Below are positions 62,867 to 64,000 of a stretch of 64,000 nucleotides of DNA, one piece after another (within the stretch, counting starts at the first letter, position 1; every line of letters starts with the position of its first letter). The notes beneath the pieces are model-generated. The model was given only the letters and a program-made list of their open reading frames with translations. It ran no database searches and was not told the DNA's origin. This DNA is from Octopus sinensis (taxonomy: Eukaryota). A program made the translations under genes and the position numbers. The stretch is from assembly GCF_006345805.1 (NCBI RefSeq), contig NC_042997.1, forward strand, positions 85,870,001 to 85,934,000. The letters run 5' to 3'.

Positions 62867-64000
62867 CACCCCTCCTTTCACAGCTTATTAAGTCATAGGG
62901 AATTTTTCTTCTCAAATGGTTTCGGTAATAATTATAATGCTGTGCATTGTCTATGCTTATTTGCATGTGTATGTGTGTGCATGCATGCAAATGTATGGGT
63001 GTCTGTCTGTCCAATGTCCCATGTGAACCCAAATGTTTTAAAATGTTCACATAGGATTTACTTTTGAATAATGAACTTGTCTAAAGTAATTTTCAGAATA
63101 AGGAACCTTGGTTTTGCATACACATGTGTGCAGTTTTACATACATGTGTGTGTGTATGTGTGTAAGTACATATCTATGTATCTCTCTCTCCGTATATATA
63201 TGAGTGTGTGTGTGTGTAGTATTGCTTTTAAGCAGCAGAACTTACAAAATGACACAAGGGCTGTCAGTTTTGTGCTTTGGTAAATTACAGTTCATGAAAC
63301 TCTTGGCCCTTGAGTCACTTTGTTCCTTCTACCAACTAAAAAAAATATACGTACACTCATGTTTCGAGTTCTGTTTTCCTGTTTCTAACTCTAAACTTAT
63401 ACATATATTTGTAATCAATACAAAAGACCTACTTACCATCTCACTTCCTTCTCTTTCTATTCTATTCTCCTATTTTAACCCTACTGTTCTTATTTTTTAT
63501 GCTGGTGTATATAAGGACCTTCGTATTTCTTTGTGCTGTATTTTTGGTGGCATTTGTTCACATAACTGTTTTTATGCCCACATAACTGATGTCTGCCAAT
63601 CTCATGAAACGCATGTATATCGAGTATTAATACTATGCTTTTTGGTGTTCCTTTTCAAGATCTATCTATCCACCCATCCATCCACACATATACCCGCCTC
63701 TCCTTCTATTACACCTTCACTCAGTTGAGTTAACATTTTTGAGCATATAGTTGCATGCATACATATTTGAGACATGAAAGATCTTTACCATGCAGTATTG
63801 TTATGTTTTAAGTTAATTCCTTTAATCTAGTTGGGAAAGAAATTTATTCTTTTGTTCACCTTTTCTATTTATCCTTTCTTGAATTTGGCCTTCAGATATT
63901 GATTTAAATCCATTCTATTTCATTGTCATTTTTTTTTTTTTCACATGCACACATGTATGCATGTGTGTTTCATTATTATCAAATGGGGAATTTTAATTTC

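Noticed and set aside
1-64000. Orientation bias of retroelement tails as evidence for lying in an intron
   Set aside because: Rough count of about 7 plus versus 11 minus is not a meaningful skew.
1-64000. CRISPR arrays, rRNA, telomeric arrays, viral or bacterial inserts
   Set aside because: None seen. The repeated motifs are dispersed SINE/LINE modules and microsatellites.

Overview
AT-rich eukaryotic non-coding DNA, dense in microsatellites and transposable elements. The SINE, RTE and mariner families look like those of an octopus/cephalopod genome (inferred from sequence style, not from a search). I recognise no host protein-coding exon. Most ORFs in the track are microsatellite translations or antisense shadows of retroelements. 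Recognisable content: RTE-clade LINE pieces, CR1-like and R4/Dong-like LINE fragments, many tRNA-derived SINEs, a decayed mariner, a maT-like element, TTAA-flanked and mariner-type MITEs, and a non-autonomous Helitron. The highlight is a set of hammerhead ribozymes (HHRs). A young, internally deleted Naiad-type Penelope-like element (6101-8071) has 217-bp direct repeats, each carrying an intact type I HHR with an unusually long stem II. A structurally covarying relative lies at 54383-54489, and a third, minimal-HHR short repeat family occurs at 5835 and 53285. All sit in or near (TA)n microsatellite tracts. All pairings and counts were done by eye.
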